Assembly: GCA_964016885.1 (NCBI GenBank)
Contig: OZ024754.1
Coordinates: forward strand, 33,294,001-33,358,000
DNA length: 64,000 bases
Direction: 5' to 3'
DNA from: Eledone cirrhosa
Taxonomy: Eukaryota
Made by a program: the position numbers and the translations under genes. This document shows, piece after piece, positions 41,805 to 55,502 of this stretch (within the stretch, counting starts at the first letter, position 1; each line of letters opens with the position of its first letter). The notes beneath the pieces are model-generated. The model was not told where the DNA came from. It did not search any database and worked only from the letters and a program-made list of their open reading frames with translations.

Positions 41805-42143
41805 GAAGTCTATGTGTCCGACTACTACGGCTAGGTGGCCGGCTGGCTTGATGCCTGGCAGGCAGTCCGGTTTGTCAGTTGGTGGTACGTCTGTTCCGTG
41901 TATTTGCAACACATGCTGACATACGGTCTACGTAAACGTGGAGACGTGTGCCGAAAACCTTCCCAACCACGTCTATTGTTATCTCCCTTTATGTGTGCCT
42001 CTCTCTGTAAATGTTTGTAAGTGTATATCTATACACCCGCACACACACACATACACACACGCACACACACACGCACACACACACATACACATGTATGCAT
42101 GGACGTATGCATGCAAACACGCACACTCATGCATTATACATAC

Positions 42144-42226
<83 letters not shown>

Positions 42227-42809
42227 AACACACATACATACATACATACATACATACATACATACATACATACATACATACATACATACATACATACATG
42301 TATACATACATACACACACATATGAATGTATGTATGTATATGTATGTATACATTATGTATCTATATTTCGAACTATATTATTATACTTGTGTATATATGT
42401 GTGTGTGTATATGTGTGATGTATACGTGTGTGTATATGTGTGTGTGTATATGTGTGATGTATACGTGTGTGTATATGTGTGTGTCTTATGTATACGTGTG
42501 TGTATATGTGTGTGTAATTGCTTTCGTTGACATTTTATTGTTGGGAAACATTAGCAGCCGACAACACCATTTACCCCCCGACCCCTTCACCTTGTCTAAC
42601 GACAACGACAACAACAATAACAACAATAAAAGTGAAGAAAGATATCCACCGCCGCCGCCGCTACCGCCATCACCATCATCACCATCATCACCATCACCAT
42701 CATCACCATCATCACCATCAATAGCAACAATCAGCAATATGGCCACCGACAATAACACTGCCAAATGTTTGTATAAATTTCCCTGTGTTCCTTAAAAAAT
42801 AGGTTGCGT

Positions 42810-43200
42810 ACAACAACAATAACAACAACCACAACAACAACAACAGCAGCAGCAGCAGCGGCAGCGGCAACAGCAGCATCAACAACAACAACAACAACAG
42901 CAGCAGCGGCAACAGCAGCAACCACAACAACAACAACAGCAGCATCAACAACAACAACAACAGCAGCAGCAACAACAACAACAACAACAACAGCTACCAC
43001 AACAACAGCAGCAGCAACCACAACAACAACAACAGCAGCATCAACAACAACAACAACAACAACAGCAACCACAACAACAACAACAGCAGCATCAACAACA
43101 ACAACAACAGCAGCAGCAACAACAACAACAACAACAACAGCTACCACAACAACAGCAGCAGCAGCAGCGGCAAAAGCAGCAACCACAACAACAACAACAA

Positions 43201-43232
<32 letters not shown>

Positions 43233-43555
43233 ACAACAGCCGCAGCGACAACAACAACAACAGCAACAGCAACAACAACAACAACATCAGCAGCAGCGGC
43301 AACAGCAGCAACCACAACAACAAGAACAGCAGCAGCGACAGCAACAACAACAGCAGCAGCGACAGCAACAACAACAACAGCAGTAGCGACAACAACAACA
43401 AAACAGCAGCAGCGGCAACAGCAGCAAACACAACAACAACAACAGCAGCAGCGACAGCAACAACAACAACAGCAGCAGCGACAGCAACAACAACAACAGC
43501 AGTAGCGACAACAACAAAACAGCAGCGGCAACAGCAGCAAACACAACAACAATAA
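42810..43555. repeat. (CAA)n/(CAG)n compound tract
   Basis: Direct reading. Confidence 0.95.
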
Positions 43556-43981
43556 CAGTAGTGGTGGTGGTGGTGGTGGTGGTGGTAGTGGTAGTGGTGG
43601 TGGTGGTGGTGGTGGTGGTGGTGGTAGTGGTGGTGGTTGTGGTGGGGGTGGTGGTAGTGGTGGTGGTGGTGATGGTAGTGGTGGTGGTGGTGGTGGTGGT
43701 GGTGGTGGTGGTAGTGGTGGTGGTGGTGGTGGTGGCAGTCACAATATCAAACTCCTTCCCTACGATACAAATAAAAACGAAAGATGTCCGGAATTTAGAA
43801 CAATTTCCAGATATAAACTTTTTTGAGGGTTTCCTAATCAAACTAACTTTCCTTTCCTGATCTAATCGTTAACACTGTTATTGTTTATGCTCCAGATCAA
43901 TTCTGATCGAACAGGCATAAGGTTAAAGACGCTCCAACCGTGACCTAATCTATTAGTCCTGTCTGGTTTTAGGAGGAAAAT

Positions 43982-44424
43982 ATTGGTTTCTTATATAGGC
44001 ACAAGGCCAGCAATTTTATTTGTTGGGGAGTCGATTCAATCGACCCCAATGCATGACTGGTACTTTATTTTATCGATTCCGCCAAGATGAAAGGCAAAGT
44101 TAACCTCGGCGGGATTTGAACTCAGATTATAAGGGGCCGTAACTCTATGCTGCAAAGCATGGAGTCCGACCCTCTACCGATACTGCCAATCCACGGCCCT
44201 AAGGAAAATATTTAGGAAAATATTACAACAGGGTGGTGGATTGGCAGCATCGGTAGAGAGTCGGACGCCATGATTTCCAGCATAGAGTTACGTCCCTTTA
44301 CGGACTGAGTTCAAATGTCGCCGAGGTTAACTTTGCCTTTCAACCGTACGGGGTCGATAAAATAAAGTACCAGTAATGCACTGGGTAATTGGTGATCTTG
44401 TGCCAAAAAGTAGAAACGATTATT
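43982..44424. mobile_element. Head-to-head pair of major SINEs (43982-44199 minus, 44231-44424 plus)
   Basis: Both heads face a ~30-nt spacer containing duplicated AGGAAAATATT. Confidence 0.88.
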
Positions 44425-44688
44425 TTACGAGTATTCTACTGTTTAGTTGTTGTTTTTGCTCCAGTCTTGACCATCAACAAGGCGCATCATCAATGGTATT
44501 CCAGCCGTGACCATCTCATCTTTTATTTTTCTATAAGGATTTGTATTTATTAATTATTTATTTAATTAACTAATTTAAACGTCCGTATAGAGCTGGTAAG
44601 CCATGATTGATTGAGAAATGTACCTAATGCCTATTATAATTAAGAAGTATATGTGTCTGTGTGTGTGTGTGTGTGAGTGTGTATGTGA

Positions 44689-44722
<34 letters not shown>

Positions 44723-44956
44723 GTGTGTGTGTGTTTATATATATATATGTGTGTGTATATATATATATATATATACATATATATATGTGTGTATGTGTGT
44801 TTATATATATATGTGTATATATATATATATACATATATATATATGTGTGTGTGTGTTTATATATATATATGTGTGTATATATATATATATACATATATAT
44901 ATATGTGTGTGTGTGTTTATATATATATATATGTGTGTATATATATATATACATAT

Positions 44957-45150
44957 AACGAAGGAAATGTGGTAAGGAACCAGGTGGACCCATAACGCAC
45001 CAAAGTACTCAATACTTAGGGTAGTAGAGTGGGTAATAGGAACAAGTAAGACCCCGACGGCTGAGCTCAAGCCGTTTCGACGGCTAATTCTGCGTACAGA
45101 ATTAGCCGTCGAAACGGCTTGAGCTCAGCCGTCGGGGCCTTACTTGTTCC
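44957..45150. mobile_element. Family F asymmetric fold-back element
   Basis: Centre CTGCGTACAG; short arm ends at GTTCC|TA. Confidence 0.88.
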
Positions 45151-45476
45151 TATATATACATATATATATATATGTGTGTATGTATAAAGATAGATAGATA
45201 GATAGATAAGTTTCTTTTATTTGCCACTAGGGCATCAAAAGTGGGACAAGTACAAAGGGGGGAGTTTACACAAAAAGGCGTCCTCAATAAGGAGGAGGCA
45301 ATAACAAAATATAAAAATAAAATAAGATATAACAAAAAATAAAATTTTTAACAAAATCCTCAATAGAGAGGAGGCGCCTTGGGGGGTCGCACACACCCCC
45401 GAAAAAAGTGTGCAACCCTTTTCCTCAGGAGCACAGAGAGGGGGTGCTCCCTCGTTCCTTCCTCTTTTCCACCTAC

Positions 45477-45535
<59 letters not shown>

Positions 45536-45581
45536 AGACGAAGAGAGAGAGAGTGTGTTTGTGAGAGACCAGCTTCAACAT

Positions 45582-45646
<65 letters not shown>

Positions 45647-47213
45647 GACAGTATTTCTAGTTTTCTACATTAAAAAGACTATATTATCTAACGAATATTT
45701 GCCCTTTTTAAAGACGTCAACGTTTGTTTTGAGGGAGACTCGGTTGCTATCTTTAGCAGATCATAAATGGAGGAGATTCCCTGGTTAGTGTTTGGTATTT
45801 CACAATTGCTGGGGGTTTTTTGTTGTTTATATTTAAATGATTCATATTAAATGATACATTTACTTTAGACAGTGTCCACACCGCAGTCCAGGCCTTTGAG
45901 TAAACATTACCTTTGATCTTTTAACAAAACCTACAACATTCAATACATTTGTCGTAGTTGTGGTGGTGGTGGTGGTGGTGGTGGTGGTGGTGGTGGCGGT
46001 GATGGTGGTGGTGGTGGTGGTGGTGGCGGTGGTGGTGGTGGTGGTGGCGGTGATGGTGGCGGTGATGGTGGTGGTGGTGGTCGTCGTGAGCAGTGGTAGT
46101 GGTGGTGGTGGTGTTGATAGTGGTGGTGGTGATGGTGGTGGTGGTGGTGGTAGTGGTGGTGTTGGTGGTAGTGGTGGTAGTGGTGGTGTTGGTGGTAGTG
46201 GTGGTGGTGGTGGTGGTGGTGGTGGTGGTGGTGGTGTTGGTGGTAGTGGTGTTGATAGTAGTTGTGGTGTTGGTGGTAGTGGTGGTAGTGGTGGTGGTGG
46301 TGGTGGTGGTGTTGGTGGTGGTGGTGGTGATGGTGGTGGTAGTGGTGGTAGTGGTGGTGGTGGTAGTGGTGGTGGTGTTGGTGGTGGTGGTGGTGATGGT
46401 GGTGGTAGTGGTGGTAGTGGTGGTGGTGGTAGTGGTGGTGGTGGTGGTGGTGGTGGTGGTGGTGGTGGTGGTGGTGGTGGTGGTGGTGGTGGTGTTGGTA
46501 GTGGTGGTGTTGGTGGTGGTGTGGTGGTGTTGGTGGTAGTGGTGGTAGTGGTGGTGTTGATAGTAGTTGTGGTGTTGGTGGTAGTGGTGGTGTTGATAGT
46601 AGTTGTGGTGTTGGTGGTGGTGGTGGTGTTGATAGTAGTTGTGGTGTTGGTGGTAGTGGTGGTGTTGTTAGTAGTTGTGGTGTTGGTGGTAGTGGTGGTG
46701 TTGTTAGTAGTTGTGGTGTTGGTGGTAGTGGTGGTGTTGTTAGTAGTTGTGGTGTTGGTGGTAGTGGTGGTGGTGGTGATGTTCGTGAGCATTGGTGGTG
46801 GTTGGGGGGGGTCCGTAAGTAGTTGTGGTGGTGGTGGTAGTGTTGGTGGTGATGTTCGTGAGCAGTGGTATTTAGTAGTGGTAGTGGTGGTGGTGGTGGT
46901 GGTGTTGGTGGTGGTGGTGGTGGTGGTGGTGTTGATAGTAGTTGTGGTGTTGGTGGTAGTGTTGGTGGTGATGTTCGTGAGCAGTGGTATTTAGTAGTGG
47001 TAGTGGTGATGGTGGTGGTGGTGGTGGTGGTGGTGGTGGTGGTGGTGGTGCTGATAGTAGTTGTGGTGTTGGTGGTAGTGGTGGTGGTGATTTTCGTGAG
47101 CAGTGGTATTTAGTAGTGGTAGTGGTGGTGGTGGTGGTAGTGGTGGTGGTGGTAGTGGTGTTGGTGTTGGTGTTGGTGTTGGTGTTGGTAATAATAGTTA
47201 TAGTGATGTTGGT

Positions 47214-47322
47214 AATAATTGTTTCTACTTTAGGCACAAGGCCAGCAATTTTTTCAGTGTATTACTGGTACTTTATTTTATCGACCCCGTAAGGATGAAA
47301 GGCCAAGGTTAACCTCGACGGG
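47214..47322 (-). mobile_element. 5'-truncated major SINE with TSD TGTTGGTAATAAT
   Basis: Duplicated flank on both sides. Confidence 0.82.
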
Positions 47323-47840
47323 TGTTGGTAATAATAGTTATAGACAAGCGGTGGTGTTGGTGATGTTGGGTAGTGGTGATGATGGTGGTGGTGGTGGTGG
47401 TGGTGGTGATAGTAGTTGTGGTGATGGGGGCGACTAGTGATGGCGGTCGTGTTGGTGGTGATGATAATAGCTATAGTGATTGTGGGGGCGACCAGCGGTT
47501 GGGGAGGGGGTTAGCAGTGATGATGGTGTTGTTGTTGTTATTGGTGGTGGTAGTGATGGTGTTTGTGGTGGTGCTAGGTGTGTTGATGGTAGTGGTTGTA
47601 GTGGTGGAGTTGTGGTGGTGTTGACAATAGTGATTGTAGTAGTAGTAGTAGTAGTAGTAGTAGGAGTAGTAGTAGTAGTAGTAGTAGTAGTTGTTGTAGT
47701 AGTTGTAGTAGTAGTTGTAGTAGTAGTAGTAGTAGTAGTAGTAGTTGTAGTAGTAGTAGTAGTAGTAGTAGTTGTTGTAGTGATGGTTGTAGTGGTGGTG
47801 GGAGCTGTGTTGGTGGTGGTGGTGGTGTTGACAATAGTGA

Positions 47841-47877
<37 letters not shown>

Positions 47878-48002
47878 TGTAGTAGTAGTAATAGTAGTAG
47901 TAGTAATAGTGGTTGTAATGATGGTTGTAGTGGTGGTGGGAGCGGTGTTGGTGGTGGTGTTATTGGTGGTGGTGGTGGTGGTGGCGGTGTTGACAATAGT
48001 GA

Positions 48003-48075
<73 letters not shown>

Positions 48076-48124
48076 TGTAGTGGTGGTGTTAGTGGTTTAA
48101 GTGGTGGTGTTGACAATAGTAATT

Positions 48125-48174
<50 letters not shown>

Positions 48175-48794
48175 TGTGGTGGTGAAGATGGTGATTTTTG
48201 AGACAGTTGACATTTCAGTTGATTAGCGAAAGGTTGACTTCATTGATATAGATGGGTTTTTACGAGTTGGTCAGATTTCACAAGCTCATCGATCATAGAT
48301 CCTCTCTCAGTACACATGCCGACAACAACAGCGGATGTTCAATTCCACCGCCGACAATCTATTTATCTTTCTAAATTGGTCACTTAATTTTACCTTGTGG
48401 ATGCAGCATGGCTAAATGGTTAAGAAGTTCGCTTCGCAATCAATAAATTCAGAGTTCGATCCCACAGCATGGCATCTTAGGCTTAGGAAAGTGTTTTTTA
48501 CCATATCCTTGGGTTAACCTATACATTATAAAGGAAATTGAGTATACTGAAACTGTTTGAAAGCCAGTCAGATTGACTGTACCTCTAATGTAATTCAAAA
48601 GGCCATTCTTGACAAACACGTGTTATGCTGAAGCTCCCTGTCTGTAGAACACTCAGCTTAATTTCAAGGACAGATTGTTCCGTTTGAGCGAATAACTGGA
48701 ACACTCGTCTTCGTAACCGACGGAGGGCCATTCCATATGAGTTTGCGATATTTAAAACAGATTGTGTCGGCTGAGTATTAAGTGATTTAAAATA

Positions 48795-48933
48795 AAACAT
48801 CCAGTTGGATCAATTGGAGATGGTTGCTACTGACAGGGCACGCTGGAAGGAAGATTTGGAAACTCGCCTCGCCCCCCCCCCCCCCCCCTCTCCTGACACT
48901 TCCAAGAAGAAGAAGAAGAAGAAGAAGAAGAAG
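48795..48933 (+). mobile_element. RTE-like LINE extreme 3' end with (AAG)n tail
   Basis: LEMVATDRARWKE resembles the A.DR..W C-terminal motif of RTE ORFs. Confidence 0.5.
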
Positions 48934-49715
48934 ATCTGCTCCAGAGTGGGAGTGGGGAGGCAACCCGCAATGAAGGTAGAACTCTATCGAGTATCTTTTT
49001 GCTGATACAGCCGATGTCCGAACGTGTGGGGTTGATAAGCCTGACTGATGGTTTGTTGAGGAAGTTTCCCTTGTGGACCTTCGGGGTAAAGTGCGGGGTC
49101 TTTTCCATTAAAGATTCGGTTCGGTCGTGTAAATTAAGGGACTTGGCGATTTCTTTTCCGGCCGCATTTGTCTCAGTCAATGCCATCTCATTTACCTTTT
49201 TGTAGGTGGTCGTGATGGCATTATTTGCCTTTCATCCTTACGGGGTCGATAAAATAAAGTACCAGTAATGCACTGGGATAATTGCTGGCCTTGTGCCAAA
49301 AGTAGAAACAATTATTTGCCAGCTTATTATAGGTCGGTTGGTCTACCTCATAAACGTTTTTGGTTTTATCGGAGGAGACATGGAGATTGGGGGAATTTTT
49401 AATATTCCGCATTTCAGTATTTAAGTAGGCCTAGAATGGTGTGGTGGCTCTACGGAATTTGATATCTTTGATCATCATGAAGAGGTCTTCCTCAAATGGT
49501 TCAAGTAGGCTGTTGGTGGGTGGTGCCTTATTCTTTTTGAAACCGAACTTCTCATCATTGGTAGATGCTACATCAGGTTTGTCGAGGAAGAAGGTTCTCC
49601 ATCTAATTCGCTTGATGAACTCGTCTGTACGTCTGATGAGTGTTTTTAGGTAAAGTTTCCTTGAAGGGATGGTGATGTTCTTCATGGAGATATCAAGGTC
49701 GTGTTTGGTCAGCAT
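48934..49715 (-). pseudogene. Penelope-like RT ORF N-terminal region (Naiad-like by recalled motifs)
   Basis: SMKNITIPSRKLYLKTLI..FIKRIRW, SDKTKNVY, TPKVHKGNFLNKPSVRLINPTRSDIGCISKKILDR; one in-frame TAG at 49431; removing the SINE restores NKLANNAITTTYKKVNEM. Confidence 0.8.
49224..49315 (+). mobile_element. 5'-truncated major SINE with 10-bp TSD ATTATTTGCC
   Basis: TSD at 49220-49229 and 49311-49320. Confidence 0.88.
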
Positions 49716-49745
49716 GGTTTCTTGGTGATGGTTATGAGGGGCACT

Positions 49746-50172
49746 CTTTAATCTATTGTATTTGATAGAAATGATACTATTATATTATATCAAAATTAAA
49801 ACAGTATACAATAATATAAAATAATATAAAATATTTTCAATGATAATCTGGAGGATAATCATTAATAAATTAATAAATACATTCAGTAATTTAGTTATAA
49901 AATTCAGAGTTAGAAACATTATTAACTAACAATGAGGAGTAAATAAGTATACGAGTGTTTAACTTAATTTACTTGGATATTAGCATCTGCATATGCATTT
50001 TATAAAATGTTTAGAAATATAAATATTATAAACAATACTATTTAAATCAATACTTGTCAATTACATATAGATTATCATTGAAAATATTTTATATTATTTT
50101 ATATTATTGTATACTGTTTTAATTTTGATATAATATCATAGTATAATTTCTATCAAATACAATAGATTAAAA
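49746..50172. repeat. ~105-bp inverted repeat upstream of the PLE ORF (inverted pseudo-LTR-like)
   Basis: Arms 49746-49850 and 50068-50172. Confidence 0.8.
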
Positions 50173-50635
50173 ATTTCACGGTATTTAATTGATCGCTTCT
50201 ACCTAACTTAATATTTGAAAAAAAACAGTAACGCATCATGTCCCTCTTTTCTCCCTCTATTTTCCTTATGCAATTATATATTCTACCATCTCTATCTCTC
50301 TCTCTCTTTCTTTGTTTTTATCTTCATCTCCTTATCTTTTCCCTTTGTCTTCTATTTAGCTCTCTCTCTCTCATTTGGTTTCTTTCTCTAATATGGATAT
50401 TTACATATTTAAATATTTAAATATTTAACATTTATGTACTTATGTGTTTATTTAATTATTTTTTATATATTTTTTTTTTTTTCTACACTTTCTCCTACTC
50501 ACCCTCTCCATTATATTTAGTTTGTCATGTTAGTACTTATGGTATATAAATATTGAGTTTTGTTGTAATTAATCACTGCCAAGACTGGAATTGAACCATC
50601 AGCACAATTGAGGTATGTCACACATCAATTTATAT

Positions 50636-50700
50636 ATTTTATCTGATGAGGACGTACTGAAAAAAACAGCACAGTACCTCCGAAATATATAAAATAAAAA
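50636..50700 (+). ncRNA. Hammerhead ribozyme (family A), cleavage triplet probably mutated
   Basis: ttttat-CTGATGA-ggacgtactg..cagtacctcc-GAAA-tatata-AA-ataaaa. Confidence 0.6.
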
Positions 50701-51181
50701 TATATTTTGATTACGTTGAATGTCTATATTTATTAATATTTTGAATTATTATTAATAATTCCAGAAAACTCTCTGTTGAGTGGTTCTAATCTATTGTAAA
50801 ATTATATTCATTGATTAATCAATGAACCTTGTTTAACTTTTGGTTATATATATATATATCCCCGCACTTCCACTCACTCACGGTCTGTATTTTGATCGCT
50901 CATGAAATCCACCCAGCTTATGCTGACCGGATAACCATGCTGCTTGTTTATTTCCTATCTTCGGTTTGCTTTTATCCTTCTGTGTTGTTTACGTGTCTCA
51001 CTCGCTTTATGCGATTCACTTGTCCCAATAGCTTTTTTTAGTTATTGCGCGCACCAACCTCAGGTATATGATTTTTAATGCGATTAAATACCAATGATGG
51101 TTGGCAAATCACTGACGAGGGACTAATTTTATCATATGTAACCCATGTGCAACCACGCAGTATTCCTCTTTCTTCTCATGT

Positions 51182-51223
<42 letters not shown>

Positions 51224-51309
51224 AATTTAGCGAGAATCGTATTTCGGCTGGTAGAAAAAGCGAAACGAAACGTAAAATCGTAGAAATGCTGGATATATAT
51301 ATATATATA

Positions 51310-51500
51310 GGAACCAGTAAGACCCCGACGGCTGAGCTCAAGCCGTTTCGACGGCTAATTCTGGACTCAGAATTAGCCGTCGAAACGGCTTGAGCTCAGC
51401 CGTCGGGGTCTTACTGGTTCCTATTACCCACTCTACTACCCTAAGTATTGAGTACTTTGGTGCGTTATGGTCCACCTGGTTCCTTACCACATTTCCTTCG

Positions 51501-51502
<2 letters not shown>
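51310..51502. mobile_element. Family F asymmetric fold-back element (opposite orientation)
   Basis: Centre CTGGACTCAG. Confidence 0.88.
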
Positions 51503-51547
<45 letters not shown>

Positions 51548-52153
51548 GAATTTTCACATCAGGTCATTTTTTTTTTCTTTTTAAAGATGCGTGGTGAACG
51601 CAATTCGGATTATGTGATAGGAACCTAATTGCGATGTCTTGTTATTGATTGTCGAGGAATTCAGTAGAGGATTTAAAAAGATATCTTGTTGCAACTAACT
51701 TCTCTGGAAAAACTTTTACAATGTCAACAAATTTGGAAGATTGATTTCTTTGCAAAGTGAATATATGTACAACAGGGAGAATAGTTTCACATCAATCGAT
51801 TGGCAGAGCTTGTAGAAATTGTTTGGTAATGGCAAGGATCTGAGGTGAGGGGAGGTGGGAGATGTTAATTTGTAGATATATGTACATTGACACACATACA
51901 AACACACAAACACACACACATACTCACTCACTCACACACATTTGCAAACACGCAGATTTATGTATAAATGAATATATATAAATGAATTATGTATAAATGA
52001 ATATATATACATATACTGTATATATATATATATATATATGTGTGTGCGTGTATATTATGTGTGTGTATTCCGTGGATACATATATTCATATTTTATAAAT
52101 GTATATATAGATATATACATGTATCTATGTATATATATGCATGTATATATATG

Positions 52154-52250
<97 letters not shown>

Positions 52251-52274
52251 TAGTATAGTATAGTATAGTATATA

Positions 52275-52366
<92 letters not shown>

Positions 52367-52384
52367 CATATAAATATACATACA

Positions 52385-52422
<38 letters not shown>

Positions 52423-52512
52423 GAGAAGAATGAATACTGCGTGGTTGCACATGGGTTACATAAGATAAAAATAGTCCTTCATCAGTGATTTTCCAACCTT
52501 CATTGGTATTTC

Positions 52513-52544
<32 letters not shown>

Positions 52545-52547
52545 GAA

Positions 52548-52602
<55 letters not shown>

Positions 52603-52621
52603 ATATATATGAAATATAAAT

Positions 52622-52726
<105 letters not shown>

Positions 52727-52971
52727 CGCATGCATGTCTGTCTGTATGTATGTATAAATTATGTAGTGATAGTTTATAGCCAATTGCTTGATCTTTGGTG
52801 AGGCTAAATATCTATCAACGGATGTTCAGTCTGTAGAACTAAGTGATGTGGAGCAAGAAATGGCGGGGAGACGATATTACACAGATATTCTACATTACTA
52901 CACGTCACAATCATGTTTTCACACACACACACACACACACACCCGTCTACACACACCTATATATATATAAG

Positions 52972-53026
<55 letters not shown>

Positions 53027-53434
53027 ATATAAATACATATATATAAATATAAATATATATTCATATGTGTATATATAAATATAAATATATATACATAAGT
53101 ATATATATAAATATAAATATACATACATAAGTAAATATATAAATATATATATATATATATATAAGTATATATATAAATATAAATATATATACATTAGTAT
53201 ATATATAAATATATATATATATTTCGTTTCTGAATTTGTTTAGCAAGATTCTTTATCTGAAAACGTGTGTTGAAACCGATATTGTTATGCTTTGGGAGGG
53301 TCATGTTGCCAATAGGAAACACACGCACCAATTGCTTTTATTCCAATTTATTATAAATTAAATTTATAAATTTAAGAATTTATAAATTTCCGGTTGGTTG
53401 GTTGGTTCCACTACCAGACGGTTGTTCATATATT

Positions 53435-53477
53435 GTCAAAGTTATTTCGTCACACATTCTGTGACCTCTTCAGTGAC
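53435..53477 (-). ncRNA. Hammerhead ribozyme (family B)
   Basis: RC: gtca-CTGAAGA-g-gtcacagaatgtgtgac-GAAA-taac-TT-tgac. Confidence 0.75.
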
Positions 53478-53819
53478 TGAGGATCTTTTCTTTGTTTTTG
53501 TGCCTCTCCTTTGTTCTGTCCTATACATAAGTATATATATAAATATATATATATATAAATATATATATATATACATAAGTATATATATAAATATATATAT
53601 ATATCCATAAGTATATATATAAATATATATATATACGTAAGTATATATATAAATATATATATATATACATAAGTATACATATAAATATATATAATCATAA
53701 AAATATGATTCCAGTTCCTCAGTGAAATAACAACCCAACCAGGAACTGGGCATATCAGAGTATTGACAAAATTATACACCTCAACAACATATGTACTTGT
53801 CTATACCATACTAATTCAA

Positions 53820-53874
53820 ACTGCCTGAAGAGGTCACAGCTAAAGATGGCTGCCACCGAAATATATATAGCAGT
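53820..53874 (+). ncRNA. Hammerhead ribozyme (separate family; 3' halves also at 4740-4820)
   Basis: actgc-CTGAAGA-ggtcacagc..gctgccacc-GAAA-tatata-TA-gcagt. Confidence 0.8.
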
Positions 53875-53943
53875 AATAAACGAAGCTAAATTTTAAACAT
53901 TTGACTTTTATTTTACTTTATTTTATATATATATATATATAGT

Positions 53944-54032
<89 letters not shown>

Positions 54033-54038
<6 letters not shown>

Positions 54039-54697
54039 TTAAGTCGTTTGGAAGCCTCGACAATGCAAATGGGTAAATCTCCGGGTAACAAGGTCCCGTG
54101 GTGGAGAGACAGATGTAAGTGGGTGTACGTTGAGATGCGTGGTGTGTATAAGATGTGTGAGATGTGTAGAATGAAGGGAAGAGTATAAAGGATAGAATAA
54201 AAATAACAACACAAGAGAGAGTTACCTTGGGAAAGACGTAAAAGTCCCTATATATTTCGGATTCACATCCATCAACTGGGGTTTTTTCCGGGGTGGGGGA
54301 AAAGGTTGTCTGTCGGACAGGTCTGATATTCAAAACAACAAACAGCGAAGGACGCATTCCGGACCTGTCCGACAGACAACCTTTTCCTCCACCCCGGAAA
54401 AAACCCCGGTTGATGGATGTGAATCCGAAATATATAGGGACTATTAAATCTCTCCCAAGGTAACTCTCCTTTGTGTTGTTATTTTTATTCTATCCTTTAT
54501 ACTCTTCCCTTCATTCTACACATCTCACACATCTTATACACACCACGCATCTCAACGTACACCCACTTACATCTGTCTCTCCACCACCGGACCTTGTTAC
54601 CCGGAGATTTACCCATTTGCATTGTCGAGGCTTCCAAACGACTTAAAGATATTTACTTATTGTTCCACAATGCGTCAAGCAAACTTCAATACTCTCT

Positions 54698-54700
<3 letters not shown>
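54033..54700. mobile_element. Fold-back element family H: ~290-bp inverted arms plus 50-nt tail, in (TA)n
   Basis: Arms 54033-54325 and 54362-54651. Confidence 0.85.
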
Positions 54701-54780
<80 letters not shown>

Positions 54781-54784
54781 TATA

Positions 54785-54851
<67 letters not shown>

Positions 54852-54993
54852 TATATACATATATATATATATATTTATATATATATATATACAATATATA
54901 TATATATTATATATATAATATATATATATATATATAATATATAAATATAAATATGTATATATATACATATATATATATGTATATATATATATG

Positions 54994-55081
<88 letters not shown>

Positions 55082-55194
55082 GCTGTGTGTTCGTGTGTGT
55101 ATATATATGTATATGTATGTATATATATATATACATGCATATATATATGTATATATATATATAAAATGTATATGTATATATATATATGTGTATA

Positions 55195-55288
<94 letters not shown>

Positions 55289-55502
55289 GTGTGTGTGGTG
55301 TGGGTGGGTACGTACATATATATATATAGAGATAGATAGATAGAGTATATATATAGATAGATATAGATATAGTCAAGATAATTAGTGATATTTCCACAAC
55401 AGTGTTCTGTAGTCAAGATATTTAGAGATATATTTATTGATTATAGGAAATTATGATATATTTTATTTAATTATTTAAATATGTATAAAATGTTGATCCT
55501 TC

